Shown here piece by piece: positions 48,384 through 60,372 of a DNA stretch of 64,000 nt; position 1 is the first letter of the stretch; each line of letters begins with the position of its first letter. The translations under genes were made by a program, and so were the position numbers. The DNA comes from Selaginella moellendorffii (Eukaryota; Plantae; Lycopodiophyta): contig NW_003314265.1 of NCBI RefSeq assembly GCF_000143415.4, positions 200,405-264,404 on the forward strand, written 5' to 3'. The notes under the pieces are model-generated. The model was given only the letters and a program-made list of their open reading frames with translations, was not told where the DNA came from and made no database searches.

Positions 48384-49200
48384 ATGGGGAAGATCAGGAT
48401 TGTGATTGTGGGAGACGTCCATGACGCGTGTTGGATGCCCAAGCCCTGGAGCTTCTCAAGCCGGATTTAGTGCTGTTTGTGAGCGACTTTTGGCGATGAG
48501 AACGTCTAGATTGTGCAAAAGATAAGCAAGCTAGATTACTGGGTATAACTATGTGGAAAATTTGGTGGTATTATATATGTAATTAAGTGTCTCTTTATAA
48601 CTCCTTATAACTCTATATAATATAGATTATGCTTGAAATGAAAGAATATAGAATGCATGCGACGACAGGCTTAACTTTGCCGAGTTCCTAGCGAGCACCT
48701 ACGGCATGGACAACATGGAGCAGAGCGCTGCAAAGATCATGCACCTGGCCCTGTTTGCACCCAAGGGCCACTCGCTCGTGTTCCTCGGCCACAACGGGCC
48801 TGCATGCCTGGGCTCTCAGCCCAGTGACATATGCAGCAAGGATTTCGACAAAGGTGGTGGAGATCATGGCGATCCAGACTTTGCTCAGGCTCTCGAAATG
48901 GTCCGGGAGTGGGATGTATCCCAGGGTGGCGCTTGTTGTGTTTAGCCATATGCATAGGCAATTGCTGGGCTATAATTGTGGCAAACAACACACAATGTGT
49001 TTGTGTGATGCCAAGAATGCTGGCACTAAGACAGGGACTGTGTATGTCAATGGCACTGTTGTGCTGTGCTGCGAGGACAAGAGGACGTGGTGGACATGGC
49101 GGCAGGGCGGGTCTCGAGCGTCGGGGAGACTTGGGTTGCGGTTCCAAAGGATGGCCCAGGTTGTAAGTGACGAAGTCTTATTTGCTCACAAGCCAGTAGA
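48384..49200 (+). pseudogene. Calcineurin-like metallophosphoesterase pseudogene (TIGR04168-like)
   Basis: IVIVGDVHD, KPDLVLFVSDF, LGHNGP, GGDHGDPD and VFSHMH in shifting frames. Stops present and an AT-rich interruption at ~48540-48650. Confidence 0.75.
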
Positions 49201-49559
49201 CTCAAAAGCTCGAGCTCATCAAGCTCATGCCTGCTAGCTTTTCTAGAATCTTTGGTGTGCTGCTGGTTGTATTTCACCCCAAGCTTCGTCCAGAAAATGC
49301 TTGGAACACCTGATCTGGCAGCCTGCTCCACATAGGTAGCTTTCATTATTCTTCATAGCGGAGCTTGCCCAGGGTGGAGCCACTAGTGACTTGTAAATAT
49401 CAAGCTTTCACGCAAACAATTAACTAATTAGCTACAATTATCTAATTAGCTACCTGCAATCTGGGTGAGCTCACTCACATGGGGGCTTGGTGTGGGAGTT
49501 GGGTTCTGAGGTGACTGACACAAAGCATGTATGTGCCTGCATGCCTTTCAGGTCCACAC

Positions 49560-50250
49560 TGTCCCTGGGATGGTGTGTTCAATTCGATACCTTGCCAAAG
49601 CCTGGTCTTATTTACCATGATGTTTCTGGCATTTGCCGAGAAGGGGACTGAATCCCTGTTCTTTGAGATTTCTTCGAAGTGATGTAGTCTCTTGGAATAT
49701 GTGGCAAATGTATCCGCTGGGAATCTCAAGCTATATCTGCTGAATCTGATGCTGCAGTGGGATGAAATCGCCTGGACGATCAGGCTGGGAGCATTTGCGC
49801 ACAATGGGCATCTGGGGCTTATGGCAGCTTCACAAGTTCAAAATTTCTGGCCGAGCATGTTCGGCTTGCGAGATCACTATCCCTTGGCGATCAAGTGTGG
49901 AGCACCATTACAAGGAGGAGACAAGAGCAAGGAGCTTCTGCAGGCAATTCTGGTGTATTCTGCAGGCAATTCCAGTGTATTCTGCTGTACAAGAAGATCC
50001 CACATCGTTGACTGCATCGACAATGGGTGGCCGGATGTTCACAAGATGATGATCCTTACGAGAAGGCTGGACAGATTTCAGTGACAAGAATATGGGGAGG
50101 TTTCTTGTTTTGCCAAGGATCTGTTCAACAACATGCCCTTCGTGCTGGTTTCTGTTGCGGGCTGCTATGAGTGCCGCTATGGATTCAGCTGGCTACATTC
50201 TCCTGACCAACATGTACATGGAAGGGTAATCGATGTTGTTGCCCCTCCGT
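49560..50250 (+). pseudogene. Degenerate PLS-class PPR fragment
   Basis: VFNSIPCQSLVLFTMMFLAFAEKG, WDEIAWTIRLGAFAHNGHL and AKDLFNNMPF resemble PLS and E motifs; in-frame stops. Confidence 0.55.
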
Positions 50251-50348
50251 CCGTGTAACACGATTCTCAGAGCAAATGCCGAGTGTTGCTTTTTGGACAT
50301 GAATAAAGGTTTTTATATCTAGACAAATTTATTTTAAAATTTGTTGTC

Positions 50349-52102
50349 TTAGAAGTTCTGCCTTGGCTTGAGTATGACAGGCATGCCATTCTTTGGGATC
50401 AGGGGTCCTGTAATGACTGGGTGGTGCCGGTAATTTGGGGACAATTTAACCTCGAATCTCTGAAGGATGATAGCAATGATTACTTTGCACTGCACCTCAG
50501 AGAAGGCCCTTCCAATGCAGGTTCGAACTCCATAGGCAAATGGCATGAACGCCATGGGATGCTTGGCTGCAGTTGCAGTACCATTCTTGAAGCGGGATGG
50601 GTTGAATTCATTTACATCATCTCCCCACAGATCTCGGTCATGATGAAGCGCAACAACATTAACGCTCACCCCCAGTCCTTTGGGAATGAACACGTCCCCC
50701 AGCATAGAGTCTTTAATGCACACCCTTGCGATGAGCGGCATTGTGGGATACAGCCTCAATGTCTCTTGCAGAATCATCTCAATCTGCACAAACAAGAACC
50801 ATACAGCAAGCTTAGTTATGTGGATCAAATGAAAAATCTGATTAACTGGTTACCGTGATTAGCTTGGTGACATCTTTAGGACTAACAACTTCTCCATCCA
50901 GAACTTGGTCAACTTCTTGTCTTGCCTTTTCTTGCCAACTGGGATAGAGAGCCAGCATCAACATTGTGAATGAGAGAAGTGGGGCCAAGCTGATAAACCC
51001 TGTAGCATAGAGTGTTTTCAACTCGGCAACAATCACGTCTTCCCTAACATCTGGATTATCCAAGAGTTTCCCAATAAAATCAATGTTATTGCCTTCTGTC
51101 ATCTTCTTTCTTCGCTCTCTCACTTGCTTGCGAACAAGGTCATTCAGCTGTTTCCGTACTTTCCACCGCTCAACGTTTATACCGAAAGGGATCAGCCTGC
51201 ACCAAAATATCTTCTGTAAGTAAGTACAATTTCCTTAAGCCACCTGTACCTGGCAAATGGTAACCAGCTCCAGGTTTCTTGATCATTTTGCAGCTTGAGC
51301 AATGTGATGTTATACTTGAGAATGTTTTGAAAGTCATTGTCTTCCAACCCCAATGTTGTCCTCGCTACAACATCCACATTCAAGCACATGAACTCAACTT
51401 GAACATCCAGCTCCCTCTCCACGTCTCCACTGTCCTTCACAAATGCTTCCCATTTTGCCATGACTTGGCTTGTTGCATTGTTCACAGCTCTAACCATTGC
51501 CTGTACAATAGAGTTTAGTCAACTTTAGACTTTGACTACTTAATGCAATATCACCTTAACTTCGTCAATGTAGTATCTGGGTGCTACAATCTGTCTCTGC
51601 CTGGCCCAAGCTTCTCCATTTGCAAGGAAGAGGCCTTTATGAAAGATATCATCAGACAAGAGTTTGATGAAGTGGGACTTGACGAAATCCTTGTGCTTCT
51701 TCATAAACAGATCCCATATCATTTTGGGCTCTGAGATCACAATCCGGGGCTCCCGCAGCCACCAGTTCAAGTGTACGTTCCCTGAAAATCAAAGTGAATT
51801 TGAAAGTACACTAATAATGTTGTGAAATTAAATTGATGCCCACCATAGAATTTCATGTTCTGTGCGGCCCAGGGAAGAACATGAGGCAGAATGTCGTGGC
51901 TGATCTCCTTCATGTCAGGCTTCCCATCAAAAACGTCAAAGATGGGATTTGGAGGATTGGGTGAGCCTCGTATGCCTTGCTTCTCCATCACTGCACGGAG
52001 AGCACTGGGCACCCAATAGTAGCGCATGAGGAAGCTGCACACCATCCATAGAACAGACAATGCAAGCACGAGTGCGACAAGAAGAACCGAGATGACATCC
52101 AT
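50349..52102 (-). CDS. Cytochrome P450, CYP72 clan-like, multi-exon
   Basis: N-terminal TM, QGIRG, GEAWARQR, WQEKARQEV, ETLRLYP, FNPSRF and heme motif FAYGVRTCIG. Confidence 0.92.
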
Positions 52103-52246
52103 TATTGGCTGAGACGGGGCCTGTAGAGAATTTATACACCAGCAAGTATTCACAGAGCACCAGCCAGTTAGAGAGATTGAGGCCTTGAAAGCACGAGCCT
52201 AAGATGTGCTTGAGAAGACTACTCAAGGTGGAATGAGTACAAGTAC

Positions 52247-52445
52247 TGTAGCGCACCTTATCTCTCTCCCCTTAAGCCAACTGGAAAAGGGGCAATTGCT
52301 TGATGAGAGAACCTTTAGTGGCTATTTTATCCCCATTTATCCCCCAAGGTTCCAAGGATCCACGGTGACAGTATATCCAAATCTCATCCCATGATCACAT
52401 GTGTTACACTCACCCCCCCTTCAAAGATGTCAATGTCCTCATTGA
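52247..52445 (-). mobile_element. Short LTR remnant (52247-52408) with polypurine tract
   Basis: TGTAGCGCAC...GTGTTACA termini. The minus strand reads GAGGACATTGACATCTTTGAAGGGGGGGTGAG-TGTAACAC, a typical gypsy PPT/LTR junction. Confidence 0.55.
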
Positions 52446-52703
52446 CTATTGACTAGCAACCCCTACTGAGCCAAGGGGAACTAACACCTCCATTTCCGCA
52501 CTTAATCTACCAATCCTTCCATTGTGTAGACCAGCTATTCCATGTGAGGGTGGTAGTTCAACAAGTGAAGTTCTTTTACAGCCAGTTCTTATGCCTCCAA
52601 CTAAGCGCCAAAAGATATATATAATATATAACGGAAGTGATAATAAGAGCAGTGGGGGGTCCTGGGCCCCTTATGTTTATAGATCTAACATGTGCTTAAG
52701 CAT

Positions 52704-52782
52704 ATAAGCTCCAGTGGAACACCTCACATGGTGTCCTGTTGGTCCAACAACACACCATGTGAGCTGTTCCACTGGAGCTTAT
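52704..52782. repeat. 79-bp near-perfect palindrome (39-bp arms)
   Basis: ataagctccagtggaacacctcacatggtgtcctgttgg-t-ccaacaacacaccatgtgagctgttccactggagcttat; 36 of 39 positions complementary. Confidence 0.9.
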
Positions 52783-55316
52783 TTTCACACCTTGTCAGCA
52801 TTGTTTGGTGCAACCACCTCCTTCAAGAAACATTCTTGATGTCCTTAGTGGTTCAAGACTGTCTGGCGGGGGAGAACGTTTGTTGAAGAGATTGATCAAT
52901 AATGATCCGATTGAATCCCATTGGATTACTTACAGGACGTAGTGTAGCGGTCGGTTCAAGACTGTCTGGCGGTCAGATACTTGAGAATTTGGGTGCTGCT
53001 CGCATTCAGCTTGGGCTGAAGAGCTGGACCCATCACGACTGCTGGGTTGATCACAATCAGTTTGATACCATTGCCTTGATACACTGCTCTTTTCATTTTG
53101 AAAACTTTCTCTACTTGTCCCAGCGGAGAGGTAGCTAGAGCAATGGTTACTTCAAGTATTGAATTACTCTGTCAGTCAACTCTTTGGAGAAACATCCCCC
53201 TTTTCTCGTGATTTCTTCAACATTTAAAAGCCTGAAAATTAAATGATTCCAATCCTAAGGGGCAACGAATAAAGTGCATTGAGGCGTGTACTATTAATAG
53301 CAAAACCTTATCCCAACAACCATCTCATTTCAAGAAGCAAATTCTACACCTGCTGCGCAGGAATTAATTATCAGCACCAACCGTGATCCCATGCTAGAAT
53401 GTCGGGGCTTCGCCAGAGGGAGGGACAATGCACGAGGATGCAGCTCACACCACAAGCATTCGCACCAAGACTCTAGAGTAATGGGAGGATTCACCACTAA
53501 AAGATCTAAGATGCAGTCTGGGAGCAAGTGACACTGGCCATTGATTCAATTCTACAATGTTGGGATTGCAGTAGACGTTACTACGACTGCATGCTCTCAA
53601 CTGGGGCGCCTTCTCGCTCACGGTGAGGGAGAAGGACGTTCCTAGGCTCAAGGAATGCTGCTCAAGACGTTTGAGCCAATCCTCCAATGCCCGATCATGT
53701 CTTACAGCCCTTGGTGCTGTATGAAACAATTATTACAAGATATGGCTTCCCTATTGTATAACGGTCTTGACTCTCTTACTTGGCTGCTCTAGCTGCTCAG
53801 TTTAACATAGTGTTTGATATGACCTTGCACTCGGTTTGGACGTGGTTTGCTTAATGCTGTTTTTAGTTTAATATTATCTATTCATCCAATTTCTCAATAA
53901 TTATAAACATATTTATAATTTATCATTTTAAACTTAGAGGTATCAGTTTTCCACAAGCTAATTGGAAAAAAGCGCAGAAACACCGTGATACGAAGGTTTT
54001 TTGATCCGAAGGCTGGGTTTGCTCTGGACTCGCTTGACCAGGCGTGTGATCAAGAGGCTTTCACCAGAGTACTTTCGTATCCTTTTGAAAGGGCTCCTCC
54101 TCTTGAGGGCAAGCTTTGGGAAGCCGTGGACATGATGAAGGGTTTGGGCTACAAATGCGAGATTTGTGTGTTTGAGAATGTTCTTCGTCTGTCACCCAAT
54201 GAGAGGCTCTTTCATGAAATGGTTAAGGAACATCCAGACGTGGCTGCAGAACCACCTGTCTACCTACGCAGATGTAATAAAGAGAGGCCTACTCAAACTG
54301 GATGATAAACAACTAGCACAATGTCTTTATGATGGTGTCTGGGGGTAAGCGGGAGAATGCTAAAGAACTTCTTAAGTTGACAACCACAAACAGTTGCTAG
54401 GCATAGTCCTAAAGGAGATGCTAAAAACATACATGTTGTCAAATTCGGAGGTGGTTTTGTTATGTGGCATTTTGCAACTTGATGGTTCCTGATACAGATA
54501 CATGTTGCGAATTGGCTAAAAAACTCCATAAACATGGTATGATTATCGAAGCTACTTATTTGAGGGAATATTATCGTTAACACTAGTAATAATATTAATA
54601 ATGTTAATTTTTATTTTCCAAGAATAAATAGTAATGTTGGCTTTAAGGTCTTGGAACTGCTTGCACCTCGCTCATCCGCGCCAATTGGCGGGTAGCTAGA
54701 CCGATTCGATGCCTGTGTTTCATATAAGGCACAGTAGAGATCAGGAACTTAGCAAAGCGGCAAAGGAGTGCTTATTCTTTTTAGAAAAGGTGCAAGGAAC
54801 GAATTCTTCTAAATCACAAGTAAGTGTCCAAGCACTGTCCATCATATGGAAGTGTTCGAAATCTTCACAGAGCCCCAGTTCTTCCTAAATCGTCTCATCA
54901 ACGTTGTCAGTGTGTCGAGGCATGGCTACATGGAGGACCGTTGAGGCAGATTCAGGTTAGCTAAAAAGACGAGCTGGACTGGTATAAGATGCTAGCAATG
55001 AATAAAACGGGAAGTTGACAAAGTCCAAAGTCTAAGTTCAAATTGCATACCCATGGTTTAGGGTGTTCAATTTTTTTACTACTGACGATTTTAAGCTTTC
55101 GCAGTTTAAACAAGTGTTTTAGTTAAGAAAATAAATTAATAGATAAACAATACTCCAGAAAAAGAATTATAAAAAACTTTAATAGATCTGTAAATTTTAA
55201 ACCATACTTAGACATCTTTAAACAAACCATTTTATTTTTCTTCTCTAGATCTACCATCGCTATATCTTCTAAAACTGCGCTGCACTCTACAAAACTGGCC
55301 TCTTGAGTTTTTGAGC

Positions 55317-56610
55317 TCATGCGGCCTTACCGGATGGCTCCAGTTTGAGCTTCTTTGGAGGAGGATTGCCTCCGGAGACGTAGACGTAAGTGTAAAATGC
55401 CAACATTGCAGCACTGCAAGGATCCAACAAAACAAAATCATATGGGAGGCCCACTAAAAGTAATAAATGAATAACTCTACCTGAGCAACGCCATGACCGC
55501 GTGGGGGAAGAACAACCGGACCTCCGAGAATCTCCTCAACTCTCTAATCACTAAAAGCGACGCGATAGCTGCAACAAAAGCGACCAACACATGGAGATGA
55601 AGCTTTGAGTTTGCAAAAGAGTAAGCATACCTCCCTGTCCGAAAATGTATGATGCCGACGATCCTCCGCGCTTCCAGACTTTAAGGCTCGTAATGCTCAG
55701 AGCCAAAACTACAGCTCCCAGAAACACTCCAAAACGCAGCGCTGCAGTACTTCCAGTCAACAAAAACCATAGAATGCCTCCTCCCAGGAGAATGCTCCCT
55801 GAAAACCCAAAGAAAACCAAAGAATTAGAAACAAAAAAGATTTGTCCGAATACAATGCAAGCGTACCGTAAGGAATTCCCAGGCAAAAGTCGTGGATCTT
55901 GGCAGCCTTCTTGCTCGTCTCTACGAAATGAGCGTTCAGAGCCGTCTCGGCAATGTCCTTGAGCACCGGGTCGGAAGAGCTCTCGGCGAGCATGGTGAGA
56001 TTTTCCTTGCCTTTGCCGGCGGTCTCTTGGGCGGTGGCTAGGAGCACGGCCCTGGCCTTCTCGGCTTGCTCCCTGAGCTGCTCGGTCGTGTCCCGGAGCA
56101 CACCCATGGCTTTCTCTGCCGACTCTGCATACACCTGCTTAGAAGTGTCCTGGAGCTTGCCAACATCTTTGAGGTTCTGTACCACTTCCTCCAGCACAGC
56201 CTTGGACTTCTCGGCTTGCTCGTCCAGGTCTCTAGCTGCAACTTCTACGTTCTTGACCGATGTATCGAGATCGTCGCTGGAAATTTTCTCTTGGGACGAA
56301 TCGTCGACTTTAGTGTTCACTGATGCCTGGGAAGAAGGAAAAGAAAAATCTTGGAAGATGGTAAAAATTGTTCTCAAAGAACACTCACCGCATCCTCCAC
56401 GGAAGAAGAAGAAAATATGAATTGCTGCTGCCGGGCGATGATATTTCTCCTGGAGAGAAATTGCGGCGACGGCGTCACAGCCAGAGGATTGAAACGAAGG
56501 CGAGGGTAAGACGCCGCCGCGGCGCCAGCTCCCCGCGAGCTCAAGGAACACGATCGCAGCACCACATTTGGGGGCGCTACAACAGTAGCAGCTGCTGCTG
56601 CCGCCATCAT
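55317..56610 (-). CDS. FAX: FATTY ACID EXPORT (FAX/TMEM14) plastid envelope protein, multi-exon
   Basis: Transit peptide, AKIHDFCLGIPYG, TM helices, and last exon SAAMLAFYTYVYVSGGNPPPKK. Confidence 0.88.
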
Positions 56611-56824
56611 TCTCTTGCAAAACCTGGGACAATAGAGAGGGATTTTTGCCCCATCGCTGAGAGGCCTAGCTAGACGTACCTTTTTCGCCTAGATCGCCAA
56701 GCGCGCTGATCGAAGAACTAGGTTTCGACAACACACCAGAGAGATTAACATCGAGAACCTTCGTTATTACCGTACCAAAAACTGGACCATGGCATATTCG
56801 TACTCATGATTCATGGCCCAAACA

Positions 56825-58646
56825 TTATTTTCTCCATGGTGGTCTCTCCATGATCACCGGACCTGGAGTAGCATTTCTCAGCTTTAAGGGAGGATTCGAC
56901 GCCGCCGCCGCCGCCGAGCTCTCGGCTATGTCGCCCTTCTTCTTCACAAATGGTGGAGATTGTAGTATCACAGTGTCCGTTACTAGTGTCGGACTTCCCG
57001 CTGTTAACAACAGCTCTGGACTTCCTCCGGTTGTCAAGAGCTCTGGAGTTCCTGGCGAAAAAAACCACCAAAACAATCATCCATTGGAACAGCAAAAGAG
57101 TTTTTGCTTACCCCGACTTTGATCCACCTCGGTGGACTTGACGCTCTCGGCCTTCTGCTGCTGGAACTCTTGCGCCAGCGAGCAGCACTCGCAGAAGCAG
57201 TGGGAGATAAAATCCTGGCTCCGCGATCCAGGCAGCTTGTACTTCTCCCGGAGCTTGGTTCTGTAGTGCGCCGAGAGGCAGCAACACAGCCCGGCAGCGC
57301 AGAGCAAGCAATACAAGAGCCCGTTAAACAGGCACGCTGAGAAAACGAAACTCACATAAGAAAGCGAGAAGCAAGGAAATAAACTCAAGAGCTCACATCT
57401 TAGATCGTTGTCCACGGTCTCGGCCAAGCGTCCAAAGGTTATGCAAGGAGCGATTCCAGTTACACAACCTGCTCCATGACCCCACTCCAATCTGTAAGGC
57501 CAAGGAAAACGCATACGCGTCAATAGAAAACAAACACTTAGACTACCAGTCTCTAAAGAGCTACACGCTATGGCTAAAGCACTCTCAAGCTTCTCTGCAA
57601 AAAGGAGAAAGAACTGACTTACAGCTTTCCGGATCGCGCCAGCAGCCGCAAATCCCCGACTTCCAAGCGTTCTCGGGAGCACCGGACTTTGGAACGAAGC
57701 CCGGAATGCTCACGGACGATTTCCTCCGCGAGCCGCTCTTCTTCCCGATCGTAGCTCGACTGGCGGTCGGGGGACACCGGACTGGATCGCTTGGGCCCGG
57801 CTCCGGAGGATGGCTTCCAGACGGGAAGAGCTCCGCGACGCTCTTGGCGGAGAGTGGAAACACCACCCTCGAGTAAGACGGGCGACTCGTCTCGAGCTCG
57901 GCATGGCCGGGTCTCGTCCTCCCGGAGGATGGATGGGATCTCCCTCGCGACCTCCTCGTCGCAAAAGTTTCCATCCTCGAGGACACTGACCTCGGCTCCT
58001 CGGCAAACTCGTGGCTTCTCCCTCCACCACCTTCGTAATCAAACACCGGCGAGTCCCCTCGGTAGAGATCCACTCTCATCCTCGCGGACCTGTCCGATCG
58101 ATGAGCGTGCTCGGAGTCCGAGATGATCCTCTCGGCGTCGCCACTCTCCTCGACCACCCTGCCCGAGAGGTACGTCCCTGCGTCGTCCCTCACGATCCTG
58201 CAGCATTGCCTCCCAGCTCCTTTCCTTCCCGGCGGCGATCCACACCTCTCTATGTGCTTCTTAAAAGCCGCCTTTTGCCTGGCCGAGAGGAGAGCCCTCA
58301 GCCTGCTGCGCGATTCGGACGATTCCTCGCCCGACTCGGACGGATCCTTGCCCGACGATGGACTTTTGCTCCGGATCGAGGACCCGGTCGCCGGCCGATC
58401 CTCGATCGCGAGCGGGGAAGGGGGAGAATCGATCCGATCGGTGTCGCTGGCTGTCTCGTAGGCCGGCGATGGCGGGGACTCTGGCGATTTTGCTTCCGGG
58501 GAGCATACCTGGTCTTGGATTTGCTTGTTGCGAATCCCACGTATCTTGGATCGCTGCGACGGATCATAGGACTCGATCGGCCTGTAGTGGAGTATGCCCC
58601 TGCTGGGCGTGTCGTCCTCATCCATGTACTCGATGAAGCCCTCCAT
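56825..58646 (-). CDS. PLAC8-domain protein (PCR/CNR family) with a long disordered N-terminus
   Basis: WKSGICGCWRD, PCITFGRLAE, YRTKLREKYKLPG and HCFCECCSLAQE. Confidence 0.85.
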
Positions 58647-58919
58647 AGCCGCGAGCTTGGAGGTTAGGGCAGAACGAAGCAAAAATTGCAACTGTCATCT
58701 AAAGCAACCAGAATATCCCTAACAAATCGGCAGAATATCTTATTTGCCTGCCAGAATATACTACCCTACCATCTTATTTCGTGGTACCGCGAAAACCAAC
58801 AAAACTCGAGCACAAGAGAAAAAGAAAAGTTTCCTCTCCTGGTATATACACACACCTTAAAATTCTGTGTTTTCATTCTTTCCGTTGTTTAATTTTTTTG
58901 CGGCTATGCTATTTTTTTG

Positions 58920-60372
58920 TCAATCTGTTCTTGAGTAGGCCCAAACCTGCGAGAGAAACAAAATCGAGTAAGCTAGTTTCGATGGAAAAAAAAAAAAGGC
59001 TTTAAATTCCACCTTTAAAGTATGGTCCCAGCTCCCTGTGCACAGCGCGGTTCCATCAGCAGCAACACCGAGGCAGCTCACTTGTCTAGAGTGAGATTCT
59101 CCGATGTCGTGGAGCTCCTGAAAGAGAAACCAAACAAAAAAAACAACAGTCAAGCAACACTCGAGAAAGGAAAGGAGAAAGCGAGATTACTGTTGCTGTA
59201 AGAACGTCCCAGAGCAAGCATCTCGTTGGAACAACGTTTTGGACTCCGGTTGGATTGCCATAGCCAGCGAAGAGTATGCGGCCGGAGTGCGAGAAGGCTA
59301 TGGAGGTGACTAATTGATTGCCGGAGGTAACGTACTCTTGGAGCTGATAGCCATACCGCGTGTCGAAGAGCTTGCATATCCCGTCCTCGGAGCCCGTCCC
59401 AAAGCGGCATCCGTCCGGCAAGAACTGCACCGCGTTGATATCTCCTGTGTGGCTGAAGAAAGTGCACTGCGCCGCCCGGCCTGGAGCTCGCGAGTCCCAA
59501 AGCTTTGCGGTTGTGTCACACGAGCCCGTGACAAACTGGTTAGGATCCTGGCTGTTTATTGACAAGCTGCAAAAGAAGAACAACCTTACGGAACTCGCAA
59601 GCGGATCGAACGCAGTGCTCACCTCATCACATCAGACGTGTGACCCGAGGACGACTCGGAACCAAACTGCGCTATGTGTCTCTGTGCCTCCACGTCCCAC
59701 AAGATGCAAGTGTGATCACCGGAGCTCGTGAGGACTTGAGCTTTCCGCGGCACGTAGCGGCAGCAGGAGATGTAGCCTTTGTGACCGGTGAGCACCGCCG
59801 ACGGGGCATGGTTCCCAGTGCTGTCAAAGGAGCGCAGCCGAAAGATGGAAACCAGGTTGTCCAGACCTCCACACGCGACGGTCTCGCCATCCGGCGAGAA
59901 CGCGCAGGCCATCACCCAAGGGCACAGGAGCTTGATCGCGTGCGTCTTCTGGCTTGTCATCGCGTTCCATACTATCAAGCGCCCGTCCTGCGACGCACTT
60001 ACGATAGTGTCCCTCTCCGACCAGTCGAGAGCATACACCTGAAGAAGCCAAAGCTCTAGAGCATAAAAAAAAATCGCAACTTTGCAACCTTGCCGGTGTG
60101 CCCCGAGAGCATTCTCCGCGACTTGAACCTGTCAGCTGCGAATCCAATGTCTCCGCGGCCATGAGTCCTCGCGTACTCAGCAACTGGGTTCACAAAACAA
60201 CACCGAGAAGAAGCAAAAAAACTAAACTTTGAGAGAGGAGGCAAGCAATTATCACAGACTTACGGGTAGTATCCTGCAGCCTCCGCCGAGTTGCTTGCAG
60301 AGCGCTCCTGAGCCTGTCCACCTCATCCTGTGCTCCGAGGATATCCCTCTGGCTCACGCCATTACCAGCCAT
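58920..60372 (-). CDS. AGB1: Heterotrimeric G-protein beta subunit, multi-exon
   Basis: N-terminal coiled coil, LSGHTGKV, IVSASQDGRLIVWN, VACGGLD, FGTGSEDG and LCTGSWD. Confidence 0.92.
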
